Made by a program: the position numbers and the translations under genes
From: Octopus sinensis
Lineage: Eukaryota
Direction: 5' to 3'
Assembly: GCF_006345805.1 (NCBI RefSeq)
Contig: NC_042998.1
Location: 64,294,001-64,358,000 of the forward strand
Length of the DNA: 64,000 nucleotides
The notes under the pieces: generated by a model
Seen by the model: the letters and a program-made list of their open reading frames with translations, nothing else
Database searches by the model: none
What the model was told of the DNA's origin: nothing
In this document: positions 26,298 to 38,000 of the stretch, piece after piece
How the letters are laid out: the number at the start of each line of letters is the position of its first letter
Numbering within the stretch: position 1 is the stretch's first letter

Positions 26298-27806
26298 ATA
26301 AACCAAAGCCATCCCCATTAGAAGAGGAATATTCCAGGGAGACACGCTCTCTCCACTCCTTTTCTGCTTGACAATGTCACCTCTATCTGATATGCTAAAT
26401 AGAACTGGATGCGGATATCAATGTTACGGCAAAACGATCAGCCACCTTCTATATATGGATGACCTAAAACTATACGCTGCAAATGACAAACAGCTGGAAA
26501 CACTTTTAAAGACAGTTCATGGATTTACCAAAGAAATTGATATGGAATTTGGATTAGAAAAGTGCGCCAAAGTAACCATGAAAAGAGGAAAACTAGTTAA
26601 GAGTAGCAACATCACACTAGATAAAACTAATGAAATAAAAGAATTAGACCAAATCCAAACTTACAAATACTTGGGAATCCATGAACTAGATAAGACACAA
26701 CACACACAACTGAAAGAGAAAATAAAAAAGGAATATTATAGACGAGTTAGATCAATACTAAAAACAGAGCTCAATGCTAAAAACAAGATAATAGGTATTA
26801 ATACTTTAGCCGTCCCAGTTATATGTTACAGCTACAATATCCTTAACTGGACACTAAATGAACAGACCAAAATAGATAAGAAAACAAGAAAAATAATTAG
26901 GGATCTAGGATGCATCACCCAATATCTGACATAGAAAGTATATATATACAAAGTATAGAAGGTGGTAGAGGTCTTATGCAGCAGGAAAACTACTATAAAA
27001 TTACCACCATAGGACTGCAAAAATAACTACTTCAGAAAGAAGGAAAACTGATTCAGATAGCGGCAAAACACGAGCAGGACTCAAAGCAAAGACAGAGGGA
27101 TTTTTACTTGCAGCACAAGACCAAAGCCTCCCCACAAGAAATTACCAAAAACATCTAATGAAAAGAAATATTACAATGTGGAGATAGACAAGAAACAATA
27201 AATCATATTATCTCTGGCTGCCCAGTCCTGGCTAAGAAGGAATATATTCACTGAAAGCTATGCCAACATTATGGAATAACAACAGAAAAAAAGATGGTAT
27301 AGGCACAAACCAGAGAAGGTCACGGAAAACGAGAAAGCAACCATACTCTGGGATATGCCGATACACACAGATAGAGAAATTAAGGCCAACAGACCAGATA
27401 TAGTTGTCAGAGATCATGAAGGAAAAAAATGCTTTCTAATTGATGTATCAATACCAGCAGATGACAAAGTGTCTCTAAAAGAAATGGAGAAACTTTCAAA
27501 ATACAAAGACCTGGAAATAGAGGTAACCAGAATGTGGAATCTAAAAACAGAAACAATTACTATCATAGTAGGTGCATTAGGCATGATAAAAAAGATATTC
27601 AGATGAATACATAACAAAATCACCAGGACCTACAAACACATATAACATACAGAAAATTGCACTACTAGGCACTGCACACATCCTACGCAGAACACTTTCC
27701 ATACAATAACCATCAGAGCATCACAACAATTCACAGCACATACCCAAGGCACACAGAGCTGCGCTCCGTAGTGAAGTGAAAGCACGCTATAAAAATAAAG
27801 CTACTG
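26298..27806 (+). mobile_element. R4/Dong-type RLE LINE copy B (includes RT C-terminal half)
   Basis: RGIFQGDTLSPLLF and LLYMDDLKLY RT motifs; LWDMPIHTDREIKANRPDIVV endonuclease; 3' UTR almost identical to copy A; ends in (TAA)n. Confidence 0.9.
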
Positions 27807-27814
27807 AAGAATGA

Positions 27815-27998
<184 letters not shown>

Positions 27999-28737
27999 CT
28001 ATGTTAGACTTTTGCTTTATATTTGTACAAGATGGCTCCAAGTCTTACCCAGAGACGTCAAGAGACAACAGGCTGGATGTTCGTGTTGTTGTTATGCCTA
28101 GTGTGCCATATAATTGGTTTTGTATTTAATGTTGTGCTAGTGAATGCCTAAAAGAAAACCGAAAATTATGGTTTTTTTAAAACTTGAAATTACATAGAAA
28201 GTCTTTTGCATAGGATATGAGCAGTTCCCATGAGAACTATCTTTTGAATTTCTGCTATTTTGGGGTTTCCTGGTATTTGAGTTAGGTAGCCATGAGCCCC
28301 TTTTGCTATCATGTCCAGGGCACCTACGATAACACGTATTGTTTTAGTCTTCAGGTTCCACATTTTGCTGATTTCTATTTCAAGATCTTTATATTTGCTC
28401 AGTTTTTGGTTGGTCTTGACATATACGTTTATATCGATTGGGACGTTTATATCGATTGGGACAATGAGGAGTCATGTTCTTTGTCTGAAGTCTTTCAATA
28501 TGATGTCTGGCCTATTTGCATCTATCTTTCTGTCAGTTTGAATGGGGAAGTTCCAGAGGAGTGAGATGTGGTCATTTTCAAACACTGGAAGTGGTTTGTG
28601 TTCCCACTAGTTTTTTTCATGGGGCAAATCCAGGTTTTTGCAGATTACCCAGTGAATATATTGTGCATCTCTATCATACCTGTTGAGATACACTGTAGGC
28701 GCTAGAAGACTGCAAATGAAGACAACATGATCAAAGG
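27999..28737 (-). mobile_element. R4/Dong-type RLE LINE copy C (different subfamily)
   Basis: ETFDHVV..CSLLAPTVYLNRYDRDAQYIHW, LLWNFPIQTDRKIDANRPDII, KLSKYKDLEIEISKMW, IQKIVLMGTAHIL; (TAA)n at both ends. Confidence 0.85.
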
Positions 28738-28809
<72 letters not shown>

Positions 28810-28810
28810 T

Positions 28811-28863
<53 letters not shown>
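28738..28863. repeat. (TTA)n tract
   Basis: Direct reading. Confidence 0.95.
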
Positions 28864-28865
<2 letters not shown>

Positions 28866-28866
<1 letters not shown>

Positions 28867-29030
28867 GTCGGGCAAAATGCTTAGCGTAATGTCGATCTTC
28901 TGCCAAACTTAACTTTGCCCTTCAACCTTCGGGATCGATACAATAATACCAGTTGAATACTGGGATCGGTATGATCGACTACCACCTCCCCCAAATTTGA
29001 GTCTTTGTGCCTATACTAGAGATGATTATT
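28866..29030 (+). mobile_element. SINE family B, decayed monomer
   Basis: cgggcaaaatgcttagcg...actttgcccttcaaccttcgggatcgata...tgtgcctatactaga matches family B. Confidence 0.6.
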
Positions 29031-29094
29031 GTAATAATTAATCTTTTTTTCATATACACTCACAAGATTATACTTTTTGTAAAAGAAAAGAATA

Positions 29095-29875
29095 CTAACA
29101 TCGGCTACAAGTAACCTTAAGTGACAAGAATCCTCCCATCGGGTTACAGCAAGTAACTTTAAATGCCTAGAAACATCCTAAGTATCCTAGCTATTCCTAA
29201 CAGCACTGTTTTCTGCAGCTGTACTAAACTGCGTATTATGCCTATTTCTCTATCCATTGGTTTAGATATTTAGTGATAGTTCTTAATCCCCCCATATCTA
29301 CTGGGATGTATTTAATTATCACCTTCCATAGTCTCTGTAATTCGATAGCTATAAATGCACTAATCTTAGATCTGACTCCTTCTCGCACACAACTTCTTCC
29401 GTCACTTTCTGTAACCATACTGCTTCTTCGTTATGATTGGCTGGCGTATCTCAAATATGACCCCAGAACTTTCTAGCTTTTTCTACATTAGGCTTCTCAT
29501 CTTCAGTACTTCGTTCTCCACGATTTACTTGGTTATACAATCTCCTCTGGTCTGTCTCAAACGATCTATTCTGTTGATACTCATCTATGTTTTACTGATT
29601 TTATGCCTGGCCATCTTTTTTTGGTTGACTAAGTATCTTTTCTTGAGAGAAGATTTATATCTTGCATTTTGTATCTGTATTCCAGGCTTTGTATCTGTAT
29701 TCCAGATTTGCATCTGCATTCCAGGCTTCTAGTCTACTCAGATCTTGTCTTAAATTTTTCACTTTATTTTGTAGTCTCCTTTTCCACAACTGATCTCCTT
29801 TTAACCTTTCCCTGTGAGATATCTAATCTTCTGGTGACTACTATTTCTCCCGAGTAAATCAATATTGTTAGTATC
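29095..29875 (-). mobile_element. R4/Dong-type LINE copy D, internally deleted (pre-RT region fused to C-terminus)
   Basis: WKRRLQNKVKNLRQDLSRL, QNRSFETDQRRLY and KFWGHI..HNEEAVWL, joined to IELQRLWKV..IPVDMGGL and LQKTVLLGIARILR. Confidence 0.7.
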
Positions 29876-30520
29876 CATCCTATTATAGATGATTTTTTTG
29901 ATTTTTCCTTTTCTTTTTATAAGGTTTCTCTGTGGTTTACAATTTTCGTTATTGTGTAGCTTGTGCATGTTGGCAGGTGCTTCTCTCCTTCACTTTTATC
30001 ACGTGTTTAATTTGATGTTGCAAAAAGGGGTGTTTACATATTCGAGTAGTCAGGGAAAAACAAGCGTAGACATTTCACAGTTGTAGAAATTAAAGTTTTA
30101 ATTTTTTTTAAGTGAAAGGAAAGAAAATAATTTTTCACAGAAAACTATATATTTTAAATTCGTAAAATTTCTAAAGATGGTTGATTCTATGTCAGAACAG
30201 AGAAAACTGTTATGTCCTTACAATAAAATGTATAAATTAAAAATCCGTGCTCGGGTAGGAGGTTGGCAAGATACTATGCATAATTCTGTGGTGGTCCTTG
30301 GTGTAATATATTCAGCGTTATTAATTCATTATATTTGGCACCATACACAATGCAGTGGGATTCTGGTGTAGTTCGAGTATTAATACATTAAGTGCATCAG
30401 TCTCTACATGCGGATGGTCAAATTTGAAGGCGTTGAAGGTGTAGTAAACATGAATGGGGCTGCTCTCTCTTTTCTTCTATCTCTATCTGTCTACCTATCT
30501 ATCTATCTTTATTCTATTCA

Positions 30521-30596
30521 TTTACTTGCTTCAGTCAGATGACAGCAGCCATGCTGGAGTACAGCCTTGAAGGCTTTTCATTGGCCAGATTAACCC

Positions 30597-30634
<38 letters not shown>

Positions 30635-30775
30635 AAACGTCATGCTTCTCTCAGTTTCCATCTACCAAATCCACCTCCAGACATTGGTCACTAACAGTTA
30701 TAGTTGAAGACAGTTGCTTAATGTGCCACGAAGTGGGACCAAACTGAGAACCATGTGGTCGGGTATCAACCACGT
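30521..30775 (-). mobile_element. SINE family A, decayed and internally deleted copy
   Basis: Reverse complement carries ccacatggttctcagtttggtcccacttcgtggcac, gatttggtagatggaaactgagagaagc-(TA)n and the ccagcatggc...gactgaagcaagtaaa tail. Confidence 0.7.
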
Positions 30776-31044
30776 GGTTATATATGTGTGTGTGCGCGCG
30801 CACACACATATATATCATATATACATTTACATGAAAGTGTGTAAGTGTATGTATGTATTCTTAAACACATAATCACAACTACTTTGAGAGTCTAAGAGAA
30901 AGAGTGCTAACTTCGCGGATGTTAAGTTCCAAAGCTTTAGTAACAATTAAATTCTAAGAAAAATATAAATACCTATCGGCCGCAGGATCCCGCAATATAC
31001 TTGGAAATCTGCGATAGAAATTTACATTTATTAGCCAAACAAAT

Positions 31045-31100
31045 CCGTGATGTAGTGAGTGCGCGATAGGTGAACCGCGATATGGCGAGGGATTACTGTA
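31045..31100. mobile_element. Single terminal inverted repeat end of a pogo/Tigger-like DNA transposon
   Basis: Reverse complement TA|CAGTAATCCCTCGCCATATCGCGGTTCAC resembles Tigger/pogo ends; partner end not found. Confidence 0.45.
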
Positions 31101-31544
31101 TTATCCTTATGCATACAGATTCTCTAGAATTCATATATTTGTACTGTATTGGAATTTTGACAAGTTGGCATTGAACATTTGCTCGCATTACATATGCCAG
31201 GATATCTAATTCCACAGCGTTTAATCTCATTTACTGCAATTTAGCTGAAAATCAATACGATTGTGATAGACGTTCGAAGTGTGAAATATTTGAAATCATC
31301 TTTTCTTTCATAATCCTATATGAAATCGAAACAAACATGGTGACTCCTTCGTTATCGTCACCGCCATTTGATACATCATTCAAATATTTAAATCTCATAA
31401 CAACTATATTTAAATTAGGAAGGACAACTTGTATAATTTAGCTATAGATATACTGTCATCTGAATGACGACAGCTAGATATATCTAGATATGGTCTGCGT
31501 GATTTGAATGAGCTATTTTGCAGAATGGTAACAACAATACTAAC

Positions 31545-31580
31545 ATTTATTCAACTGTAAACTTGGCCGTAGTCCAATGA
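31545..31580 (-). CDS. Candidate 36-nt exon (xIGLRPSLQLNK, or terminal SLDYGQVYS*)
   Basis: Very strong acceptor gtatctttcgtttgttttcAG and donor GTTAGT; no recognised homology. Confidence 0.25.
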
Positions 31581-31957
31581 CTGAAAACAAACGAAAGATA
31601 CAATATTATTTGAATAAGATTATTAGCAATATATACTCTCTACCGATTTAGACCCACTCAATTGTTATTCTTGCCATCAGAAATATTATGAACCAGTAAT
31701 CGGTCATTTGGAGACCTTGAGCTAAAAATGTTGTTCTTCAGCAATTGCAATACAAAATAAATAAAAATAAAAATAGAACTTGAGTAAGTACTTTTTTGGA
31801 ATCTTAGCGACTTCTCTTAGCGATATGAATCATGATTTTATTTCTAGCTCTTTCATTCAGAAAATGTACGCCTTCTTCAAGCTATTTGTCAAGAACTTCC
31901 CACGTGACACACGAAATTATAAAACGTTGCAACGTTTCAAATCTTTCTCTATTTACT

Positions 31958-32265
31958 CATTATCATCATCATCGTTTCATATCCGTTTTCTATGCCACCA
32001 TAGGGTGGATGGTTTTGGGATGAATTCTTTGTGAGTCATATTGACTCACTGGGCCGATTTCACGGTTTCTATGGCACATATATTTGTCCCTGGATGGGAC
32101 ACTGTTCTGTTGTCAGATTATTCATTTTCGTTAGCTGAGTAAAGTGGAGTAGTATGAAATGAGGTATTTTACTCAAGATCACAATTTATTGTCTTTTCCA
32201 GGAGTCGAAACCAAATTATTGCAACCAGCAGCCCAAAACCCTTACCACTAAGCCGCATGTCCCCA
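31958..32265 (-). mobile_element. tRNA-headed SINE (family E) with (GAT)n tail
   Basis: Head ggggacatgcggcttagtggtaaggg...ggtttcgactcc; tail gcatagaaaacggatatgaaacgatgatgatg. Confidence 0.7.
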
Positions 32266-32392
32266 CTGGATGGTTTGACAAAATCTGGTGGGCCCAAGGA
32301 CTACAATATACTCCAGTGTTAGCTTTGGCATGGTATCAGGGATTGAATCCATAAAATGGGCGTTGCAATACAACAAATGTTGATAAAATAGC

Positions 32393-32632
32393 ATTATCAA
32401 CGCTTAACGTCCGCTTTTCATGCTGGCACAGGTTGGACAGGTTGACATGGAGCTGGGTAACAGTGAGATGTCCAGACACCAACTATCTGGTGTGGCACGG
32501 CTTCTAAAACAGGAAAGATTTCCTAATGCCAACCATTTAACAGAGTATTTTGTGAGCACTTGACATGCCACCACCACGGTTGCGTTCAAGTGTCACCGGT
32601 TTCAAGTCTTCACATATTAGTATCACGTGCCT
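32393..32632 (-). mobile_element. SINE-like repeat fragment (family F) sharing the family E tail
   Basis: Tail gcatgaaaagcggacgttaagcg is homologous to the family E tail; head not visible. Confidence 0.5.
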
Positions 32633-32786
32633 ATAGTATTACATTATTTACATTTGACAGATATTTGTCCTCATCTCGATTTTATTAACACAGCGTTTCG
32701 GCTGATATACCTTCACGTTTTCAGTAGGTGTCTTGGGAAAATTCGAGCTCGGGTTCTCATTCCTAAGGTATTTTTCGGTGTTGTTG

Positions 32787-32856
<70 letters not shown>

Positions 32857-32872
32857 CATTACTATTATTATT

Positions 32873-32910
<38 letters not shown>

Positions 32911-33115
32911 TATTATTATCCATGTCACTGCTAGGAATAATAATAATAATCATAATAATAATAATAACAACATCGAAAAAATATTTAGGAATGGGAACCC
33001 AGGTTCGAAATTTCCAAAGACACCTGATGAAGGCTGGAGGGGATATCAGCTTAAATGTTGTGTTAATAACAAACAGGATGTTAATCGAAAACATGAGCGT
33101 CAATAATGCAACTCT
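32633..33115. mobile_element. Inverted pair of hammerhead-bearing short repeats flanking a (TTA)n(TCA)n/(TAA)n tract
   Basis: 32633-32790 (-) is homologous to 32955-33115 (+); each retains a different half of a hammerhead. Confidence 0.7.
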
Positions 33116-33254
33116 GAATTTGCTTATTTATATCCATCAAATGATATATATATATAGTGTAATAAATAAAATATATGCATACATACAAACATATATGTAC
33201 ATACCGACATCTACATGTATATATACATGCATATATAAATATATATACGTACAG

Positions 33255-33680
33255 GACACCACAAAAAGACGTAGAACTCAACTGAAACGAAAACGGAAAA
33301 AGCCATTTTGTTACAACAGAAAGAGAGAGACGTGGAACACGACGAGAACGAAAACGGGAAAAACATTATTTACAACAGAAAAACAAGGTACAGGACATGC
33401 TACACATGGAGAAATCCCCTTCATCAGCTGTCACTAGTAGACTTAGCGTGTTTCGAAGGCAAGACAGGACACGACTCGTCAATACTAGGCCTTCCTGCGA
33501 GAGAATTAAAATAAAATAACCTCGTAGATGGGTAAAACAAGCACGACAAAAATGTAACAAAAACGGGACGTAACAATAGAACTGCTCAATAAAATACATG
33601 TACAAGAAAATACAAAACGAGAAATAAAATACAATACGAGAAATCAAAATAAACAAGAAAACAAACGAAAAAAAAAATTA
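33255..33680 (-). mobile_element. A-rich interspersed repeat (family I), related to 48510-48780
   Basis: Shared blocks TCCCCTTC.TCAG.TGTC.CT and TTTCGAAGGCAAG..ACA.GAC.CGACT. Confidence 0.5.
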
Positions 33681-33696
33681 TTTATATATATATATA

Positions 33697-34114
33697 GGCG
33701 CAGGAGTGGCTGTCTGGTAAGTAGCTTGCTAACCAACCACATGGTTCCGGGTTCAGTCCCACTGCGTGGCATCTTGGGCAAGTGTTTTCTACTATAGCCC
33801 CGGGCCGACCAATGCCTTGTGAGTAGATTTGGTAGACGGAAACTGAAAGAAGCCTGTCGTATATATGTATATATATATATAAGTGTGTGTGAATATGTTT
33901 GTGTGTCTGTGTTTGTTCCCCTAGCATTGCTTGACAACTGATGCTGGTGTGTTTACGTCCCCGTCACTTAGCGGTTCGGCAAAAGAGACCGATAGAATAA
34001 GTACTGGGCTTACAAAGAATAAGTCCCGGGGTCGAGTTGCTCCACTAAAGGCGGTGCTCCAGCATGGCCGCAGTCAAATGACTGAAACAAGTAAAAAGAG
34101 TAAAAAAAAGAGTA
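33697..34114 (+). mobile_element. Complete SINE family A copy
   Basis: tRNA-like head ggcgcaggagtggctgtctggtaagtagc...gggttcagtccc, internal (TA)n(TG)n, LINE-like tail ending gagtaaaa. Confidence 0.9.
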
Positions 34115-34189
34115 ATATATTATACTGATCCATGATGGAATATACTGAAGTATATGTTTGAGTTCACTCAACATATGAAGCTATTAATA

Positions 34190-34690
34190 GCCCTTTAATA
34201 CATCCAAGACTGTCCTGATTATTTTGGCAGTGCCAAGGAGGCAGAACTTTTGTCACAGTTCTAATAGGCACTGTATTCTGATTTCTCATATATTCGTGTT
34301 GATGTATTCTGCTACTGTCCCCAACGAACCTACAGTAATTGGAACTATTTTCACCTTGTATGCATATCTATTTTTCGCTTTCCTTCTTGATATTTGTGGG
34401 CCAAAGGAACATGCAGCACCAACTGTATAGCGCATGTGCATGTTCTCCACCACCACTGGGCCCAGTTTGCTATTCCCTTGCGTCGGATCTTTTAGTGAAA
34501 TCCGAGAGGATTTTGCAGGTCTTGGTCTCCAACAGTGCAACTTACTGTAGCTTGTGCTCATACCAAGTCTTGCGTCTCTTTAGATCCCACTTTCGCACAG
34601 TTTCCAACGAAGCCCATCATACCAACTGTAGTTATTCGTCGCATCACATTCAACACTCAATATTGTGATAGAGTAGAAACGGTAGGGCAC
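34190..34690 (-). pseudogene. R4/Dong-type LINE copy E, old C-terminal fragment
   Basis: Frameshifted WKLC..WDL....WYEH, CKILxDF, VKIVPITVGSLGTV and LLGTAKIIRTVL remnants. Confidence 0.6.
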
Positions 34691-35346
34691 TGCAGGAGTA
34701 CAAATGCTAAACTCCGAAATACGAACACTCCCGACATCGCTTTCCACTAACCTTCATTCTTTCATTCCATAAAAAATTAAAACTTATTTGGAAACGTATA
34801 CTCAATTAACACAATCCTGTTATAACGTCGCAATAAAAAAAGGACATTATATTGTGAAAAACTACGTAAATAAGTTTAACGATTGTTGGCGAGTAGATTC
34901 CTTTATCTGAGACTTTGGATTCATATATTATCATTTTTATTTCAGTATATACGGGCTTATCTAATAAATAAATCATACCACATATGATAACTAAAGTATA
35001 ACATTTCATTCCGATTAACCGAATATAAAAGTTTTGCATAATTTGCTTTATGCTTAGAATTGTGAAGAAACCTATCATTATGCCAATAGGATGAATGATG
35101 CCATTCATCCTATTGGCAAGACGAAATATTGTTTAAAAACTTAAGCAACGCGTCGTTGCACTTTATTTATGCATTATATCATGACGAAGCCATAGAAATC
35201 CGTGTGAATAACCTGAATACTATTTAATGTCAAAATATTTTGTCATGATCTGTATCATTAAATTGTATCGAGGAAGGTATATAAGTCAACAAATTGTATG
35301 TATTTGAACAAGTATATTAAATTTACACAAGTTGCTAATGTGTATA

Positions 35347-35399
<53 letters not shown>

Positions 35400-35411
35400 A
35401 ATGTGTATATT

Positions 35412-35445
<34 letters not shown>

Positions 35446-35476
35446 ATGTGTATAATTTATATTATATATATATAAT

Positions 35477-35540
<64 letters not shown>

Positions 35541-36960
35541 TATATAATTGCCGTGATATCCCAAAAATATAATTGTTGAGTATGCTTGATTTTCTAGAAG
35601 ACAGCATTTTATTTACATCCATTCTATTGAACACAAAATGTGACACCAACGTCAAATTCAGCAGAAATTAAAATCATGCGCCAATTTTATACATCAGTTT
35701 ACGGATTGATTGATCCTTTCCACTTGAGCAAATACAGCTCGTTGGTTTGGCAACAGTAGTGATTCAGAGAAACGTTAATATTTGTAGACCTGCGGCGATG
35801 TGGTTAATACCTGACAGAGGTATGTATTTTAATCATAGTCACTCTGATAATATTTAGCAGCGAATGAAATTAAATAATAATGACTTCCAGTTGCTGGATT
35901 GAGAAATATTTCAAATTGAATATTGGGCCATGCATGCGGAAAAAATCCTTTCATTCATATTGCATCTCTTTTCCTCGCGTATCTCTTCATAACAACGGCT
36001 CAGGTACTAAGCGTTATTAAATGTACAACTATAATAGGTCTTCCTCTGAGCCACAAACGAAATGTGTGAACACAACCATGGTTCAGCTTCTATCCTCTTT
36101 TACGTTACCACAATTAATTAATTATTTTAGTAAGCTACTTACATATATATTTACAATTTGTAGTGTAAACTAGTAACATCTCCCTTGTGTAATACTAGTA
36201 TATCTCTAAGTGTGCAGAACAACAAAATTGGAATTAATACATTTTTAATAAGAATGAAGTGAAAATAGTGAAATCCAAAATACATCCAAAATATTTATGC
36301 CAGAAAAGATGCTCGTGTAAACAGCATTGAGGAATAAAAAAAGAAGGCTTCTAGGCATTTTGTAATATTTTTATTTTTAAAACTTCCACTTCGAAATGAA
36401 ACTAAAATCAATTTGGAATAATCACCCTCTGGGTTCGATAAAAATATTTCACTAATAGTACACAAAGTTTGATCCAATCGACGTAATTCAGGAAATATTA
36501 CCGAGAACCATTATTATTGATTGCAATATTAATTTAATAGGAAAATAAATTAAATTAATAGAAATATATTAATATATGTTCTGAAAAGTTATTAACCTTG
36601 TCGCCCCTTTATTTTGTATTGAAGAAATTTTGAAATACGCGATAGGTCATAAAAATCTGTAAATTTAATATTATCGAGAATCGGCTTTCTAAAATAATTG
36701 TTTTCATCGTTTCAAAAAAAATATGTGATTGTATGTGTCTGTGTGTGAGTGTGTGAATGCGTATGTGTGACCGCGCTACTGTCATTTTATCAAATTAGTA
36801 AGCGAGGAATAAACTAAAATTTTGGACGTCATTTAAATTATATTCTGCAATTATGCTAGCGAATACTTGGATATATGAAGTGCTATATATCTCTGTTGCA
36901 TTTATGGCTTTTTGAAAATAAGAGTTCCTCAAATATTTTAAAAATTACTACTACGAACAA

Positions 36961-37585
36961 ATATTCTTTGCTACTGTAAGTATAAGGCCGGAAATGTTGG
37001 TGGCGGGCATTTGATGAGATCAACCCCAGCACGCAGCTGTTAGCTAATTTAACTACCCCGAAAGAGTGAAAGGCGAGGTCAACCTCGACGTAATTTGAAC
37101 TCAGAACGTAAGATAGACGAAATACGGCTAAGATTTTCGCCCGGCGTGTTAAGGTTTCTGCCAGCTCACGCCATAATATAAGTAAATATTCGATTCTACC
37201 ATAGGCACAAGGCGCGAAATTTTCGGGGTGGGGGCCATTCAATTTGATCGACCTCAGTACCCAAATGGTACTTAATTTATTGACCCCGAAAGGATGACAG
37301 GCAAAATCGACTTCAGTGAAATTTGAACACAGAACATAAGGACTGACGAAATACCTATTTCTTTATTACCCACAAGGGGCTAAACACAGAGGAGACAAGC
37401 AAGTACAGACAGACGGATTAAGTCGATTATATCGACACCAGTACGTAACTGGTACTTAATTTATTGACCCCGAAAGGATGACAGGAAAAATCGACCTCGG
37501 TGGAATTTGAACTCAGACCGTAACAGCAGACAAAATTCGGCTACGCTTTTCGCCGGCGTGCTAAAGTTTCTGCCAGCTCGCCACC
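36961..37585 (-). mobile_element. SINE family B cluster (dimer plus monomer, head-to-tail)
   Basis: Head ggtggcgagctggcagaaactttagcacgcc, B-box gttcaaattcc, three core repeats. Confidence 0.85.
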
Positions 37586-37613
37586 TTATGAAATAAATAT
37601 TAGTAATTTGATG

Positions 37614-37967
37614 GGCGCAGTCGTGGTTCTGTGGTAATAAGCTTGCTCCCAAACCACATGGTTCCGTATTCAGTCCCACTGCGTGTTCATGGGCAAGTGT
37701 CTTCTATTATAGTGTCGGACTGACATAATGGTTGTAAGTGAATTTGGTACACAGCCACTCTAAGACGCTCATATGTGAGTGTGTTTGCGTCTGTATTTAT
37801 TCCCCACCACATAACAAGCTGTGATGCTATGTTTACGTAGCCGTAAAATAGAGTTACAAAAAAGGCCGAGAAAATAAACATTAAGATTTAAAGAAAATAA
37901 GTCCTGGGGACGATTATTTCAAGCTGTATCCCAGCATGGTCACAGCCAAATGACTAAAACAAGCAAG
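37614..37967 (+). mobile_element. SINE family A, diverged copy, back-to-back with the family B cluster
   Basis: ggcgcagtcgtggttctgtggtaataagcttgctcccaaaccacatggttccgtattcagtccc head and ccagcatggtcacagccaaatgactaaaacaag tail. Confidence 0.8.
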
Positions 37968-38000
37968 GGAACATATAAACTTTATATAAATATGCATACA

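Noticed and set aside
28426-28461. Short tandem duplications (also 29667-29730 and 58224-58262)
   Set aside because: Ordinary 18-20 bp slippage duplications, two of them inside decayed LINEs.
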